This document shows positions 49,171-49,584 of a DNA stretch of 49,584 nucleotides, piece by piece. The DNA comes from Chromera velia (Eukaryota), in assembly GCA_018398765.1 (NCBI GenBank), contig JAHBMJ010000416.1:1-49584 (forward strand). The letters are read 5' to 3'. The notes below the pieces were generated by a model that searched no databases, had not been told where the DNA came from, and saw nothing but the letters and a program-made list of their open reading frames with translations. Position numbers and translations under genes: made by a program. Position 1 is the first letter of the stretch; each line of letters starts with the position of its first letter.

Positions 49171-49584
49171 GTCGGGGAGGCCCGAGGGACGACTGTCAGA
49201 CCCGAGGCGGAGAGGCTGGCCCGAGACGCGCGGAGCTTGGACCGAGGGTGTTAGGTATTAGGTTAGGCAAAAAAAGCTGCCAGCGAGGCTTGAACCTGGG
49301 ATGTGGGGTATAGCTGACGTACGTCAAATAGCGTATGTATCATGTACATACATGCGATTTTGCGGTTGTTTTACGATGCATGCATGCTATCTCAGATGGC
49401 GTATCAAACAGTATCTTCAATTATATATATAGATGATAAAGCAACGCATATGTCATTGCATGCAGCACTTGAAGCTGCACTTCACACAACACAGCTCAAC
49501 GATCCTCAATGATATAGAAGCGGAGAGATACTAAAAAATTATTAATGGAAAGCTCAGGCAAGATTGTTTAATGGGGGATCCCGA

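Noticed and set aside
49248..49268. Telomere-like TTAGG repeats
   Set aside because: Only three imperfect units; not an array.

Overview
Eukaryotic, intron-rich, microsatellite-rich genomic DNA. A chromerid/alveolate such as Chromera is suggested by the TGCATGCA-rich promoters and simple-repeat introns; this is inference only. The left half (about 2.7-24.4 kb) is a decayed repeat island with four parts. (1) A minus-strand APE-type LINE with a (TCAA)n tail. (2) A non-autonomous LTR retroelement (464-bp LTRs, CAGC TSD, PBS, PPT) inserted into that LINE's RT; 1.38 kb of this region is duplicated around a single N, probably an assembly overlap. (3) An intron-containing F-box/ankyrin-like pseudogene. 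(4) A plus-strand CRE-type RT+REL non-LTR element. The right half holds intact spliced genes: ATG4 (6 exons, minus), a 16-exon SLC13/SLT-type transporter with TrkA-C domains and a long N-terminal extension (plus), and a UPF0193/EVG1-like gene (minus). Two signals stand out. First, three unrelated sequences in the island keep long reading frames but carry many in-frame stops, mostly TAG, plus C>T/G>A-only changes, which looks like RIP-like or methylation-driven hypermutation. Second, four splice junctions of the transporter gene carry 35-52-bp direct duplications separated by a short filler sharing the motif TGTATGAAA(ATGAAT).
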